Assembly (NCBI GenBank): GCA_964428665.1
Contig: CAYRZX010000002.1
Span: 4,037-68,036, forward strand
Direction: 5' to 3'
Source: an uncultured Gemmatimonas sp.
Lineage (GTDB): Bacteria; Latescibacterota; UBA2968; SICM01
Length of the DNA stretch: 64,000 nt
The notes under the pieces were generated by a model, which saw only the letters and a list, made by a program, of their open reading frames with translations, ran no database searches and had not been told where the DNA came from. This document shows positions 1 through 8,711 of this stretch, piece after piece. The first letter of the stretch is position 1. Every line of letters starts with the position of its first letter. Made by a program: the position numbers and the translations under genes.

Positions 1-1467
1 CCCCGTGTACACCCAGACCTCCCACGGGATCCGTCCCGGGTCCATCCCCATCACCATGGGCCGCCACCGGGACAGGCCCAGCGTGTCCTGCCCGGCGATC
101 CCCACAGGGGTGGTGGTGAGGATCTCCGGGTCGGGCGACTCGGTCCCCTCCTCCGCCTGCCTCACCTCCATCTCCACGGATCGGTCGATCTGCACCGGAA
201 AGATCGGCCCCGTGAAGGTCACGCCCACGGCCCGGTCCCTGTACAGCTCATAGGCGATCCGCTCCTGCACCCGGCGCACCGCCGGAGGCGCCTCTAAGTT
301 GATCTCCCTCGACGTGGAGCGATAGTCCGGCTCCCCGTAGCGGATGTAGACCTCCCCGCGCCGGTCCCACGGGAACTTCTTCTCCCCGAAGTAGGCCCGC
401 GCATACCAGACCCTCCGGTAGTGCTCGGCCTGTCGCCGCGCCCCCCCGGTCACCAGCGTCGGGTCGTGCCGGAGCCAGAACCGCCTCAGAAAGGCGGGCC
501 GCTTCGCCTCCGGCGTCCCCTGGTAGGCCCAGACCTCCGCCGGGGAGGCCACTAAGGAGAGGTCCCGGTAGAGCGCCCGCTCCCGCTCGTCCAGCCCCTC
601 GATGTACAGCTCGAACGCCTGAAGCGCCCGCTCGTAGTCCCCCCGGCGCGTGAAGACCTGCGCCAGGACGCCGTAGCGATGGAACGTGTGGAGGGACGTG
701 GCCACGAACGCCTCGGCCTCCTCGTAGCGCCTTAGCTTGAGCAGGTTCAGGGCCACCTCGTGGCCCACCTTCACGTCGTCCGGCTGAAGCTCCACGTACT
801 TCCGGTAGTACTCCAGCGCCTTGCCGTACTCCTCGCGCTGCTCGTGCCACCGGCCCAGCATGAGATAGGCCGGGGCGTGATTCGGGTCGATCTTCAGCAC
901 CCGCTCCGCCGCCTCCCTGGCGTCGTAGTTGCCCATCTGGACGTGCATCAGGGCCAGGTTGAGCTGCGCCTCCTTGTGCGCCCAGTCCTTGTCCAGGGCC
1001 ATGTTGAAATACCTCGACGCCGCCTTCCAGTCCTTCTTCACATTCATGTAATACAGCCCGATGCCGTTGTAGGCGTCGGCCAGGTCCTTGTCCAGGGAGA
1101 CCGCCTTCTGAAAGGCCCTCAGGGCCTCCCTCCCGCGGCCCGCATCCAGGTACAGACGCCCCAGCCGCACGTGGGCGCGGGCGTCTCTGGGCGCTCGCGC
1201 CACCTCCGCCTCGCCGGCGGCCACGCTGTCCGGCAGGGAGGGGAGACGATCCGGTAGTGGGGTGGGTCGCCGCCTGGACGATTCACAGGATCGTCCTCCC
1301 CCGCCCAACTCTGGTGAATCGACGGTGGATGGGACGTCCGGGGCGGCGGACGCCTGCCCTGTCGCGCGAACAGGGAGACCCCCCGCTAAAAGAGCGGCCA
1401 GCAGAAACCCGCTCAGGATCGCCCTTTGCGCGCGGCAGAGTCCGATAGATGTAGACAAAAATGACAC
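1..1467 (-). CDS. Secreted TPR-repeat / GWxTD-domain protein (3' end lies beyond the window edge)
   Basis: Absent from the ORF track because no stop lies in the window. My own minus-strand translation reads open from 1467 to 1. It shows a signal-peptide-like AILSGFLLAALLAGGLPVRATGQA and TPR-like YLDAGRGREALRAFQKAV and QREEYGKALEYYRKYVELQPDD. It then gives FWLRHDPTLVTGG..HYRRVWYARAYFGEKKFPWDRRGEVYIRYGEPDY, which matches the GWxTD-family signature region. The GTG start at 1467 is a guess. Confidence 0.7.
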   Translation of the reverse strand, partial: MSFLSTSIGLCRAQRAILSGFLLAALLAGGLPVRATGQASAAPDVPSTVDSPELGGGGRSCESSRRRPTPLPDRLPSLPDSVAAGEAEVARAPRDARAHVRLGRLYLDAGRGREALRAFQKAVSLDKDLADAYNGIGLYYMNVKKDWKAASRYFNMALDKDWAHKEAQLNLALMHVQMGNYDAREAAERVLKIDPNHAPAYLMLGRWHEQREEYGKALEYYRKYVELQPDDVKVGHEVALNLLKLRRYEEAEAFVATSLHTFHRYGVLAQVFTRRGDYERALQAFELYIEGLDERERALYRDLSLVASPAEVWAYQGTPEAKRPAFLRRFWLRHDPTLVTGGARRQAEHYRRVWYARAYFGEKKFPWDRRGEVYIRYGEPDYRSTSREINLEAPPAVRRVQERIAYELYRDRAVGVTFTGPIFPVQIDRSVEMEVRQAEEGTESPDPEILTTTPVGIAGQDTLGLSRWRPMVMGMDPGRIPWEVWVYTG

Positions 1468-1570
1468 AGTGCGCCTGCCTGTCGCTGAGTTCTTGGAGTC
1501 TGTATGAGTTTCAGTATATATCCAATATGAAATCCCGTCAAGCAAAATATGCCGCCCCTGTGATTTTCCC

Positions 1571-1599
1571 TTGCATCCGCGCTCCCAGGAGCCTATTTT
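1571..1599 (+). promoter_or_regulatory. Candidate sigma70-type promoter (TTGCAT-N17-TATTTT) for the 1717-9290 unit
   Basis: TTGCAT at 1571-1576, a 17-nt spacer, then TATTTT at 1594-1599. It sits in an AT-richer gap upstream of the first plus-strand gene. Sequence pattern only. Confidence 0.3.
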
Positions 1600-1702
1600 A
1601 ACGATGAAGTCAGAAGTCAGAACGATGAACGCAGAACGAAAACCCACAAAGGCCATTTTGCTTTTCGTTCATCGTTCCGCGTTCTGCGTTCTGCGTTCTC
1701 TC
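1600..1702. repeat. Tandem-heptamer hairpin (GAAGTCA/GAACGNN units facing CGTTCNN units)
   Basis: Left arm is gaagtca gaagtca gaacgat gaacgca gaacgaa. Right arm is cgttcat cgttccg cgttctg cgttctg cgttctc. The arms are largely complementary. It lies between the candidate promoter and the ATG at 1717. Confidence 0.8.
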
Positions 1703-1716
1703 TTTTCGGAGGTCTC

Positions 1717-2640
1717 ATGGTCCACATCGACGGCATCGTGCCGATCATCCCGACCCCCTTCTTCGAGGACGGCGGCATCGACTTCGACAGCCTGAAACGC
1801 CTGATCGACTACAGCGTCGCGGCAAAGGCCAGCGCCGTCTGCCTGCCCGCCTACGCCAGCGAGTTCTACAAGCTCTCGGAGGCCGAGCGGTTCGACGTGG
1901 TGAAGGCCGCCGTGAGCCAGGCGCGCGGGCGCATCCCGGTGATCGCCCAGGTCAACCACCCCTCCGCGCGGATCGCCGCCGATACGGCCCGGCGCGTGCA
2001 GGACCTGGGGGCCAGCGTTGTCTCCTCCGCCGCGCCCCGCCTCTTCCCCCTCGCCGAGGAGGACCTGCTCCGCTACTTCACCCACCTGGCGCAGGCCATC
2101 CGCCTCCCCCTCCTCGTCCAGGACTTCAACCCCGGCGGCCCCACGGTCGGGGCCTCCTTCGCGAAGCGCCTGAAGGAAGCCGCCCCCAATTTCGCCTACC
2201 TCAAACTGGAGGAGCCGATGATGGGGGAAAAGCTGAAGGCCATCCTCAGCGCCACCCACGGCGCTGTGGGCGTCCTGGAGGGGTGGGGCGGCCTCTACAT
2301 CCTGGAGCTGGTCCCGGCGGGCATCTGCGGCGTGATGCCGGGCCTCCCCCTCACCGAACTCCTCGACCGGGTCTTCCGCCTCCGCAGGGCCGGACAGGAC
2401 GACGAGGCCTTCGACATCTTCTCGGCCATCATGCCCTACATCCTCTTCTCGCTCCAGAACATGGAACTCTTCCATCACGTGGACAAGAAGCTCCTGGTCG
2501 CCCGCGGCCTGCTGCCGGGGGCGCACGTGCGCGAGGCCACCCTCCGCGTGGACCCCACCAGCGCGGCCTACGGAGACCTCCTCGCGCGCAAGGTCCTGGA
2601 GAAGCTCGACCGGCTCAACATCCCTCGAAATCCGCTATGA
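1717..2640 (+). CDS. Dihydrodipicolinate synthase / N-acetylneuraminate lyase family (class I aldolase) protein
   Basis: 307-aa ORF with GGAGG 8 nt upstream. The N-terminal GIVPIIPTPFFEDGGIDFDSLKRLIDY pattern and overall length are typical of the DHDPS/NAL family. The specific substrate cannot be called. Confidence 0.85.
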   Translation: MVHIDGIVPIIPTPFFEDGGIDFDSLKRLIDYSVAAKASAVCLPAYASEFYKLSEAERFDVVKAAVSQARGRIPVIAQVNHPSARIAADTARRVQDLGASVVSSAAPRLFPLAEEDLLRYFTHLAQAIRLPLLVQDFNPGGPTVGASFAKRLKEAAPNFAYLKLEEPMMGEKLKAILSATHGAVGVLEGWGGLYILELVPAGICGVMPGLPLTELLDRVFRLRRAGQDDEAFDIFSAIMPYILFSLQNMELFHHVDKKLLVARGLLPGAHVREATLRVDPTSAAYGDLLARKVLEKLDRLNIPRNPL

Positions 2641-3848
2641 GGGAGACGCGCGCCCCCTCCATCTGGGCCGACCTCCTCAACCGTCGCTTCGTGTCGCAGT
2701 GGGTCATCTCCTTCTGCAACGGGACGCTCACGGCCCCCACCTACTCCCTGCTGGCCGTCTACGTCGAATCGGTCCTGCACCGCCCCCCCATCTTCTCGGC
2801 CGGCCTTCGGGCGGCCCTGCTCGTCCTGGGCGGGTTCGTCTCCATCCTGGGCGGGGCCCTCAGCGACAGCCTGGGCCGGAAGCAGACCTACCTGCTGGGC
2901 CTCACGGGCCCGGTCCTGTCGGGATTTATGTTCTTCAGCGAGTCCCCGGCGATCCTCCTAACCCTCTGCGTCTACAGCGGGGTCTGCTGGGGGTTTCAGA
3001 CCACGGCCTCGCAGAGCTACATGATGGATGCCGTGTCGGGCCGGAGCCTCGGCCTCGGCGCGGCCGTCTACTTCATCGGCTTTACGCTGGGCAATTCGCT
3101 CGGCAACCTGGTCCTGGCCCCCCTGTCCGACACCCTCGGCTTCCGGGCGATGGGCGGGATCATGGTAGGGGGGATGGTGTTCCTCTTCATCGGGACGATC
3201 TTCCTCCTCCCCGGCGGTCGCCCGGAGGGCCTCCGGTCCTCTCAGGGCACGTTTCGGAAGACGATGGGGGGCTATTCGGGGCTGGTCCGGCAGCCCGTCG
3301 TCCTCATGCTGATGGGCGTGCGCTACCTCCCCACCTGCTACTGGGGCGCGGCCACCCTCCTCTTCCCCCTGCTCATCTTCCGCGCCGTGGGCACCAACAC
3401 CGCCGCCGCCCACTTCACCGCCGTCAGCCTCGTCATCGCCGCCTGCTTTCAGGTGGCCGTGGGCAGGCTGTGCGACCGGTTCGGCCGGCGCAGGCCCATC
3501 CTCATCGCCGGCGCCGCCGTGACCCTGAGCGCCCTCGGCGCGGCCCTGTGCGCCCGGTCGTTCGCCGGCCTCTACCTCTTCGGCGTGGCCGGCGCGGCCT
3601 CCGCCTGGTCCCTCTCCACCACCATGCCGGGGCTGATGAACGACATCGTCGACGAGGAGGAGAAGGGGCGCATCGTGGGGGCCGCGCACCTGGCCTGGAG
3701 CCTCGGCATGACCTCCGGCAACCTGGGCGGAGGGTGGCTCGTGGAGGTCCACCCCGGCCTGCCGTTCTACGTGGCGACGGCCTTCTGCGCCCTCTCCTTT
3801 CTCCTGGCGTGGGGGATATGTCAGCGCATCTATCCGAGACGAAATTAG
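2637..3848 (+). CDS. MFS transporter
   Basis: In-frame ATG at 2637 inside track ORF 2283..3848, with an ATGA overlap on the previous stop. About 12 hydrophobic segments and the MFS loop motif GALSDSLGRKQT. The upstream part of the track ORF is an R/P/G-rich shadow. Confidence 0.8.
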   Translation: MRETRAPSIWADLLNRRFVSQWVISFCNGTLTAPTYSLLAVYVESVLHRPPIFSAGLRAALLVLGGFVSILGGALSDSLGRKQTYLLGLTGPVLSGFMFFSESPAILLTLCVYSGVCWGFQTTASQSYMMDAVSGRSLGLGAAVYFIGFTLGNSLGNLVLAPLSDTLGFRAMGGIMVGGMVFLFIGTIFLLPGGRPEGLRSSQGTFRKTMGGYSGLVRQPVVLMLMGVRYLPTCYWGAATLLFPLLIFRAVGTNTAAAHFTAVSLVIAACFQVAVGRLCDRFGRRRPILIAGAAVTLSALGAALCARSFAGLYLFGVAGAASAWSLSTTMPGLMNDIVDEEEKGRIVGAAHLAWSLGMTSGNLGGGWLVEVHPGLPFYVATAFCALSFLLAWGICQRIYPRRN

Positions 3849-5383
3849 GCCTTCTGATCTCCGCCTGCGCGTTCGCCCTCTACGCATGGACCGCCGCGCC
3901 GACCCTCACCTGGGGCGGGGGGGACAGCGCCAAACTCGCCCTCTGGGTGCATCGGGGAGAGATCGGCCACGCGGCGGAGTCCCACCCCCTCTACGTGGTC
4001 CTGGGTCGCGCCTTTGCCGCGCTCCCCCTGGGCGGAGACCTGGCCTACAGGCTCAACCTCTTCTCCGCCCTCTGCGCCGCCCTTGCCGTCGGCGCGATGT
4101 TCGTCCTCTGCGGGGAGGTGGGGAGATCCCTTTTCGGGGCCGCCTGCGCATCCGTTGCGCTCGCCCTGTCGCACACCTTCTGGCTCCACGCCGTCCTGAC
4201 CGAGGTCTACGCCCTCCATCTCCTCCTGCTCCTGTCCGCGCTAACCTGCCTCCTGCGCTGGGACCGCACGGGGAGAGATCGAGCCCTCTACCTGTCGGCC
4301 TTCCTTTTCGGAGCCGGCGTCGCCAATCACATCTTGATCGCCTGGGCCGTGCCGGGCGTCGGCTATTTTATCTGGAGTCGGGGTAAGGTTGCCCCCCATC
4401 CTCCCCCATCCCAGGCGGCAAAGCCCTTGTTTCCCCCTCCCTCCCCCACACGTGGGGGGAGGGAGGGGGCAGGGGGTGGAAGGGGGGCTGTCCGCCTTCT
4501 CATCGCCGGATGCCTCGGCGCGTCGCCGCTCCTCTATGCCATCGTGCGGGGCGCATCTCAACTCGGCCTCTTCTCCGCCCTCCGGGACGTGGCCGGCCTC
4601 GGCAGCGCGGGCCACGTCTCCTTTCACGCGGAACGCCTTCCGCTCTATGTGGCCTACCTCTTCTATCAGTTCCCGGCCGTCGGCTTCGCCCTCGGCTGGG
4701 CCGGCCTCTTCAGGCTGTTTCGGAGGGACCGGCGCATCGCCCTCGCGCTGACGCTCATCGGCGTCCCCTACCTCCTCTTTCCGGTGGTCTGGGACTTCCG
4801 CGACCACTACCAGTTCGCCCTGTCGTTCTACGCCTGCTTTGCCGTCGGCATCGCGCCGGGGGTCTCTGCGCTGCGAGAGTGTCCTTCGGGGCGCCGCCTC
4901 GACGCGCTGACCCTCGGCCTCCTGATCGCGCTGCCCCTGATCACCTACGCCTCTGCCCCGACCCTCTGCCGCCTGCTCCGCATCGACCCCGTCCGGGCCA
5001 GGACGCTCCCTTACCGGGACAACGCGCGCTACTTCCTCTCCCCTTCCAAGCGAGGGGACGACGGCGCGAGGCGCTACGGGACCGAGGCCCTGCGGGCCGT
5101 CGCCCCACACGCCGTCCTCATCGGAGACTACACCCCGGCCCTCGTCCTCACCTACCTCCGGGACGTGGAGGGCCTCCGCCCCGACGTGGACGTGCGCTAC
5201 ACGACCACGGTGCAGGAGCAACTCCGCCTGATCGCGGAGCAGATCGACCGTCGCACGGTCTACGTGGCGACCCTGGAGGACCGGGACCTCCCTGCGAGCC
5301 TCTACCTCCGCCGGGACGCCCTGCCGCCAGACTACGAGATCATCCCGGAGCCTCCGGTGTTTCGGGTCGTGAGAAAAAGGTAG
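3818..5383 (+). CDS. DUF2723 / glycosyltransferase family 117-like (TMEM260-type) polytopic membrane protein
   Basis: In-frame ATG at 3818 inside track ORF 2699..5383. The N-terminus LLISACAFALYAWTAAPTLTWGGGDSAKLALW..ESHPLYVVLGRAF..LAYRLNLFSALCAA resembles DUF2723 proteins. There are multiple TM segments and a soluble C-terminal domain. Confidence 0.7.
   Translation: MSAHLSETKLGLLISACAFALYAWTAAPTLTWGGGDSAKLALWVHRGEIGHAAESHPLYVVLGRAFAALPLGGDLAYRLNLFSALCAALAVGAMFVLCGEVGRSLFGAACASVALALSHTFWLHAVLTEVYALHLLLLLSALTCLLRWDRTGRDRALYLSAFLFGAGVANHILIAWAVPGVGYFIWSRGKVAPHPPPSQAAKPLFPPPSPTRGGREGAGGGRGAVRLLIAGCLGASPLLYAIVRGASQLGLFSALRDVAGLGSAGHVSFHAERLPLYVAYLFYQFPAVGFALGWAGLFRLFRRDRRIALALTLIGVPYLLFPVVWDFRDHYQFALSFYACFAVGIAPGVSALRECPSGRRLDALTLGLLIALPLITYASAPTLCRLLRIDPVRARTLPYRDNARYFLSPSKRGDDGARRYGTEALRAVAPHAVLIGDYTPALVLTYLRDVEGLRPDVDVRYTTTVQEQLRLIAEQIDRRTVYVATLEDRDLPASLYLRRDALPPDYEIIPEPPVFRVVRKR
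4433..4469. repeat. Perfect 15-bp G/C-tract hairpin inside the GT117-like CDS
   Basis: CCCCCTCCCTCCCCC (4433-4447), loop ACACGTG, then GGGGGAGGGAGGGGG (4455-4469). It is flanked by further C-tracts (4392-4410) and G-tracts (4471-4487). Confidence 0.9.
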
Positions 5384-5405
5384 GGGCGGGGTCACCCCGC
5401 CCCTA
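5381..5405. repeat. 11-bp GC hairpin overlapping the stop codon of the GT117-like gene
   Basis: TAGGGGCGGGG (5381-5391), loop TCA, then CCCCGCCCCTA (5395-5405). No T-run follows. It lies between two co-directional genes. Confidence 0.85.
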
Positions 5406-5427
5406 CCTCATAACATACCCATCGCCC

Positions 5428-7575
5428 ATGATCAACCATTCTCTCATACCACGCCTCGAACGCCCCCTTTTTACCTTCCTCGCCCTGCTCCCCCTGCTCG
5501 CCCTCGCGCACGGGTTCGCAGGAGGTCTTCCGCCTTTCGCCGCCCTCTCCCTGACCTTCCTCGCCCTCTTCCTGACCCCGGGCTGGCTCCTCCTCCGGCG
5601 CCTCCCGGCCCTCGGCCCCCTCGGCCTCGTCGAGGCCCTCCCCCTCGCCTTCGCCCTCGGCCTGGCCGTCTTTGCCGCCGAAGCCACCCTCGCCTTCGCC
5701 CTCGGCCTCTCCTGCGCGCACCTGTGCGACCTCTCGGCGGGCGTGTCCCTCGGCCTCGCCTGCTGGCCCGTCCCTGCGGCAACGCGCCTCCGGAGGACGT
5801 GGCGGAGGGAGTGGCTCATCCTCCTAACCGGGGTCGGCCTCGCCCTGCTCGCCTACCACCTCGGCGGCCACCACCCACCCGGCAGCGACACCTGGTACCA
5901 CATCGCCAAGCTCCGCCGGATGGCCGGGATGGATCATATCTCCGAGACCGACGTCCTCTTCCGGGGGACGCCCGTCAGCCCCTCCTACGGCTACAACGCC
6001 TGGCACCTGGCCACGGCAGCGCTGGCCAGGCTCTCGTCCGCCGACGCCTTCGCGGCCTGGTTCTGCGTCGTCCCCCTCCTCGTCGTCCTCCAGATCGCGG
6101 CCTACTACGCCTTCGCGCGGGCCCTGTTCGAGGACGACGCCCTCGCCTTCTGCGCCGCCTTCGTCTTCGTCGTCTTCCTCCTCCTCGACGCCCAGGGCAT
6201 GTCCTGGGCCGCCGCCCCGGTCCCCTTCTTCGTGGCCTACCACCTCCTCTTCTTCCCGGCCCTCACGCTGGCGCTCCGGGCGATGGGCGACCGCGGCCCC
6301 GGCCTCCGCCTCGCGGCGGGGTTCGTCGGAGGGTCCGCGTTCGCGGTCCACGCCTTCGCGCCGTTCTACGTCCTGTTCGCCGTGGGCGGCCTGGCCCTGA
6401 TGACCCGCATCTTCCGCCGGACGGAGGGCCGGGCCGTCCAGTCGCTCCTCCTCGTCTGCCTCTGCGCGGCCGCCTTCGCCCTCCCCTACGGCCTGGTCCG
6501 CTCCAGCGCCTACAGGCCCGTGGGGACCTACTACCTCGCGGCGGAGGCGGACAAGGTCCTGCGCCTGACCGGGGACCTCTACGCGGTCCACCCGCGCTAC
6601 CTGCGCCGGATGCCCGTCCGCATCGCCGGGTTTCTCCTCTTCCCCCTCGCCCTCGCCGCCCTCAAGCGTCGCCGGTGGGCCCTCTATGCCGCGTCCGGCA
6701 TGGCCCTCCCCCCACTTATCATGTTCAACCCCCTGCTCGTCCCCCCCATCGCGGAGCGAGCGTCGCTCACGTTCGTCTCCCGGATGCTCGTCCTCTTCCC
6801 GGCGGTGGAGGTCTGCGCGGCCACGGCCTTTGGCGCCCTCATCCCGGCGCTCCTGACCTGGTGGCGGCGACCTCACCGCAGGCGATGGACAGCGTCGCTC
6901 GGCGGGGTGGCCCTGGCGCTCCTCCTCGGCGCGGGAGCGCTCTGGGTCCCCGAATGGGCGAAGATGCACAGGGGGATGGCCACGGCAGGGCTCGCCTGGG
7001 GGGCCGGCCTCCTGATCGCCGCCGCCGTGGTCATGACGACCCGCGCCGCCGCGAGCCGGGGGGAGCGGTGGCCCCGCTGGAACCCCTTTCGCCACCCGCC
7101 CGCGCCCGGCCTGTCCATGGGCCTGTCCGTCGCGCTGGCCGCCCTCGTCTGCGCCGTCGCCCTCCCCCCGCTGGTCAGAGACTACACGGACCCGCAGCGC
7201 CACCTGACGTTCGGACAGGCCGTCAGGCCGGGCGGCGCGATGGGGTTTCTGAAGGCCTTGCCCGGCCCCGCCGTCATCCTGGCCGACGCCTCCGTCAGCC
7301 CGAAAATCCCGGCCCTCACCGGCCACTACGTCGTGGCCACAGCCTACTCCCACGACCCGGTCCCAGACTGGGCGGAGCGTCAGGCCCTGACGCGGGCGGT
7401 CCTCTCCGCAGAGGGCCCCTGGGAGGAGGCCGTGGCGGGCCTGCGGCGCTACGGCGTGAGCCACGTCCTGGCCGTGGCGGGCAACCTCCCCGAAAGACCC
7501 CGCCTCGACGCGCATCCTGAGGTGCTTCGGCGCTGCTACGAGGGGGAAGGGGTCATCATCTGGAGGCTCTTGTGA
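5428..7575 (+). CDS. Large polytopic membrane protein, possible GT-C-type glycosyltransferase (function unknown)
   Basis: In-frame ATG at 5428 inside track ORF 4510..7575. 715 aa with many hydrophobic segments and a C-terminal soluble domain of about 130 aa. I recognise no family motif. The GT-C guess rests on architecture and neighbours only. Confidence 0.55.
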   Translation: MINHSLIPRLERPLFTFLALLPLLALAHGFAGGLPPFAALSLTFLALFLTPGWLLLRRLPALGPLGLVEALPLAFALGLAVFAAEATLAFALGLSCAHLCDLSAGVSLGLACWPVPAATRLRRTWRREWLILLTGVGLALLAYHLGGHHPPGSDTWYHIAKLRRMAGMDHISETDVLFRGTPVSPSYGYNAWHLATAALARLSSADAFAAWFCVVPLLVVLQIAAYYAFARALFEDDALAFCAAFVFVVFLLLDAQGMSWAAAPVPFFVAYHLLFFPALTLALRAMGDRGPGLRLAAGFVGGSAFAVHAFAPFYVLFAVGGLALMTRIFRRTEGRAVQSLLLVCLCAAAFALPYGLVRSSAYRPVGTYYLAAEADKVLRLTGDLYAVHPRYLRRMPVRIAGFLLFPLALAALKRRRWALYAASGMALPPLIMFNPLLVPPIAERASLTFVSRMLVLFPAVEVCAATAFGALIPALLTWWRRPHRRRWTASLGGVALALLLGAGALWVPEWAKMHRGMATAGLAWGAGLLIAAAVVMTTRAAASRGERWPRWNPFRHPPAPGLSMGLSVALAALVCAVALPPLVRDYTDPQRHLTFGQAVRPGGAMGFLKALPGPAVILADASVSPKIPALTGHYVVATAYSHDPVPDWAERQALTRAVLSAEGPWEEAVAGLRRYGVSHVLAVAGNLPERPRLDAHPEVLRRCYEGEGVIIWRLL

Positions 7576-8699
7576 AGGTCCTGCTGATCGAGCCCGGCGG
7601 CTGGGGGGGCATCTGCCACTACACCTACAACCTGGCGCAGGCCCTCTGCCAGGTCGGGATGGATGTGGCCCTGGTCACGGACCGGGACTATGAGCTGCGC
7701 GACCTCCCCAGGTCCTTCCGGCTGATCGACGCGCTCAACGTCCGCGAGGGCTACTGGCAGTCGCTCCGCGCCGTGATCCGGGCCTGGCGGCGGGAGCGCC
7801 CCGACCTCATCCACGTGCAGGCCACGCTGTCCGCCCGGCGGGACTGGGCCTGGTTTCCGGCCTGCAACCTGCTGGACATCCCCATCCTGATCACGGCGCA
7901 CAACCTCCTCCCCCACGACCGGGCGGAGCGGGAGGCGTTCGGGATGGCCTTTGCGCACAGCCTCATCTACCGATCCGCCGACGCCGTCATGGTGCACGGG
8001 GAGACCAACCGGCAGGAGCTGTTGCGATACTTCGCCGTGCCTGAGGGCCGGGCCATCTCCATCCCGCACGGAGACTACACATTCGCCGGGGGCTGCGTCC
8101 CCAAGCCGGAGGCCCGCGGCCGCCTGGGGTTCGGCCCGGAGGACAGGGTCGTCCTCTGCTTCGGGACCCTCCGGCCCTACAAGGGCATCCACCACCTCAT
8201 CCCGGCGTTCGGGCAGGTCCGTCGGGCGATCCCCCAGGCCCGCCTCCTCATCGCCGGTCAGCCCATCGGCGTCGACCCGCAGGAGGTCGAGCGGGCCATC
8301 GACGGGGCGGGGATCAGGGACGCCGTCCGCCTCGATGCGCGCTACATCCCCCTCCCGGAGGTCCCGACCTACTTCAGCGCGGCGGACCTGGTCGTCCTCC
8401 CCTACGTCAGCGTCTACCAGAGCGGGGCCCTGCAGCTCGCCTATGCCCACGCCCGGCCTGTGGTCGTCACCGCCACGGGCGCCCTGCCGGAGTCCGTCGA
8501 AGACGGCGTCAACGGCCTGGTGGCGCCGCCGGCCGACCCCGACGCCCTGGCCAGGGCCATCATCGCCCTGCTCTCGCTGCCCGAGGGAACCCTGAGCGAG
8601 ATGGGGCGTCATTCCAGAAGGCTGGCCGAGCAGCGCTACGCCTGGGCCGGCGTGGCCCAAAAGACGGCGGAAGTTTACAGGAAGATCTGCGGACATTAA
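7572..8699 (+). CDS. Glycosyltransferase family 4 (GT1 fold)
   Basis: GTG start with a GTGA overlap on the previous stop. C-terminal GT4 pattern: LLIAGQP..YFSAADLVVLPY..SGALQLAYAHARPVVVTATGALPESVEDGVNGLV. Confidence 0.85.
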   Translation: MKVLLIEPGGWGGICHYTYNLAQALCQVGMDVALVTDRDYELRDLPRSFRLIDALNVREGYWQSLRAVIRAWRRERPDLIHVQATLSARRDWAWFPACNLLDIPILITAHNLLPHDRAEREAFGMAFAHSLIYRSADAVMVHGETNRQELLRYFAVPEGRAISIPHGDYTFAGGCVPKPEARGRLGFGPEDRVVLCFGTLRPYKGIHHLIPAFGQVRRAIPQARLLIAGQPIGVDPQEVERAIDGAGIRDAVRLDARYIPLPEVPTYFSAADLVVLPYVSVYQSGALQLAYAHARPVVVTATGALPESVEDGVNGLVAPPADPDALARAIIALLSLPEGTLSEMGRHSRRLAEQRYAWAGVAQKTAEVYRKICGH

Positions 8700-8711
8700 T
8701 GGAGGCTGGAC

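Noticed and set aside
2283-5383. N-terminal extensions of track ORFs: 2283, 2699, 4510, 9932, 18653..19162, 27016, 33765, 37676, 44565, 48211, 50942, 54297 and 57574.
   Set aside because: The track takes the longest ORF, including GTG/TTG starts. The upstream parts overlap the preceding gene in another frame or run through repeats. Internal starts with an RBS or a 4-nt overlap fit the homologous protein cores.
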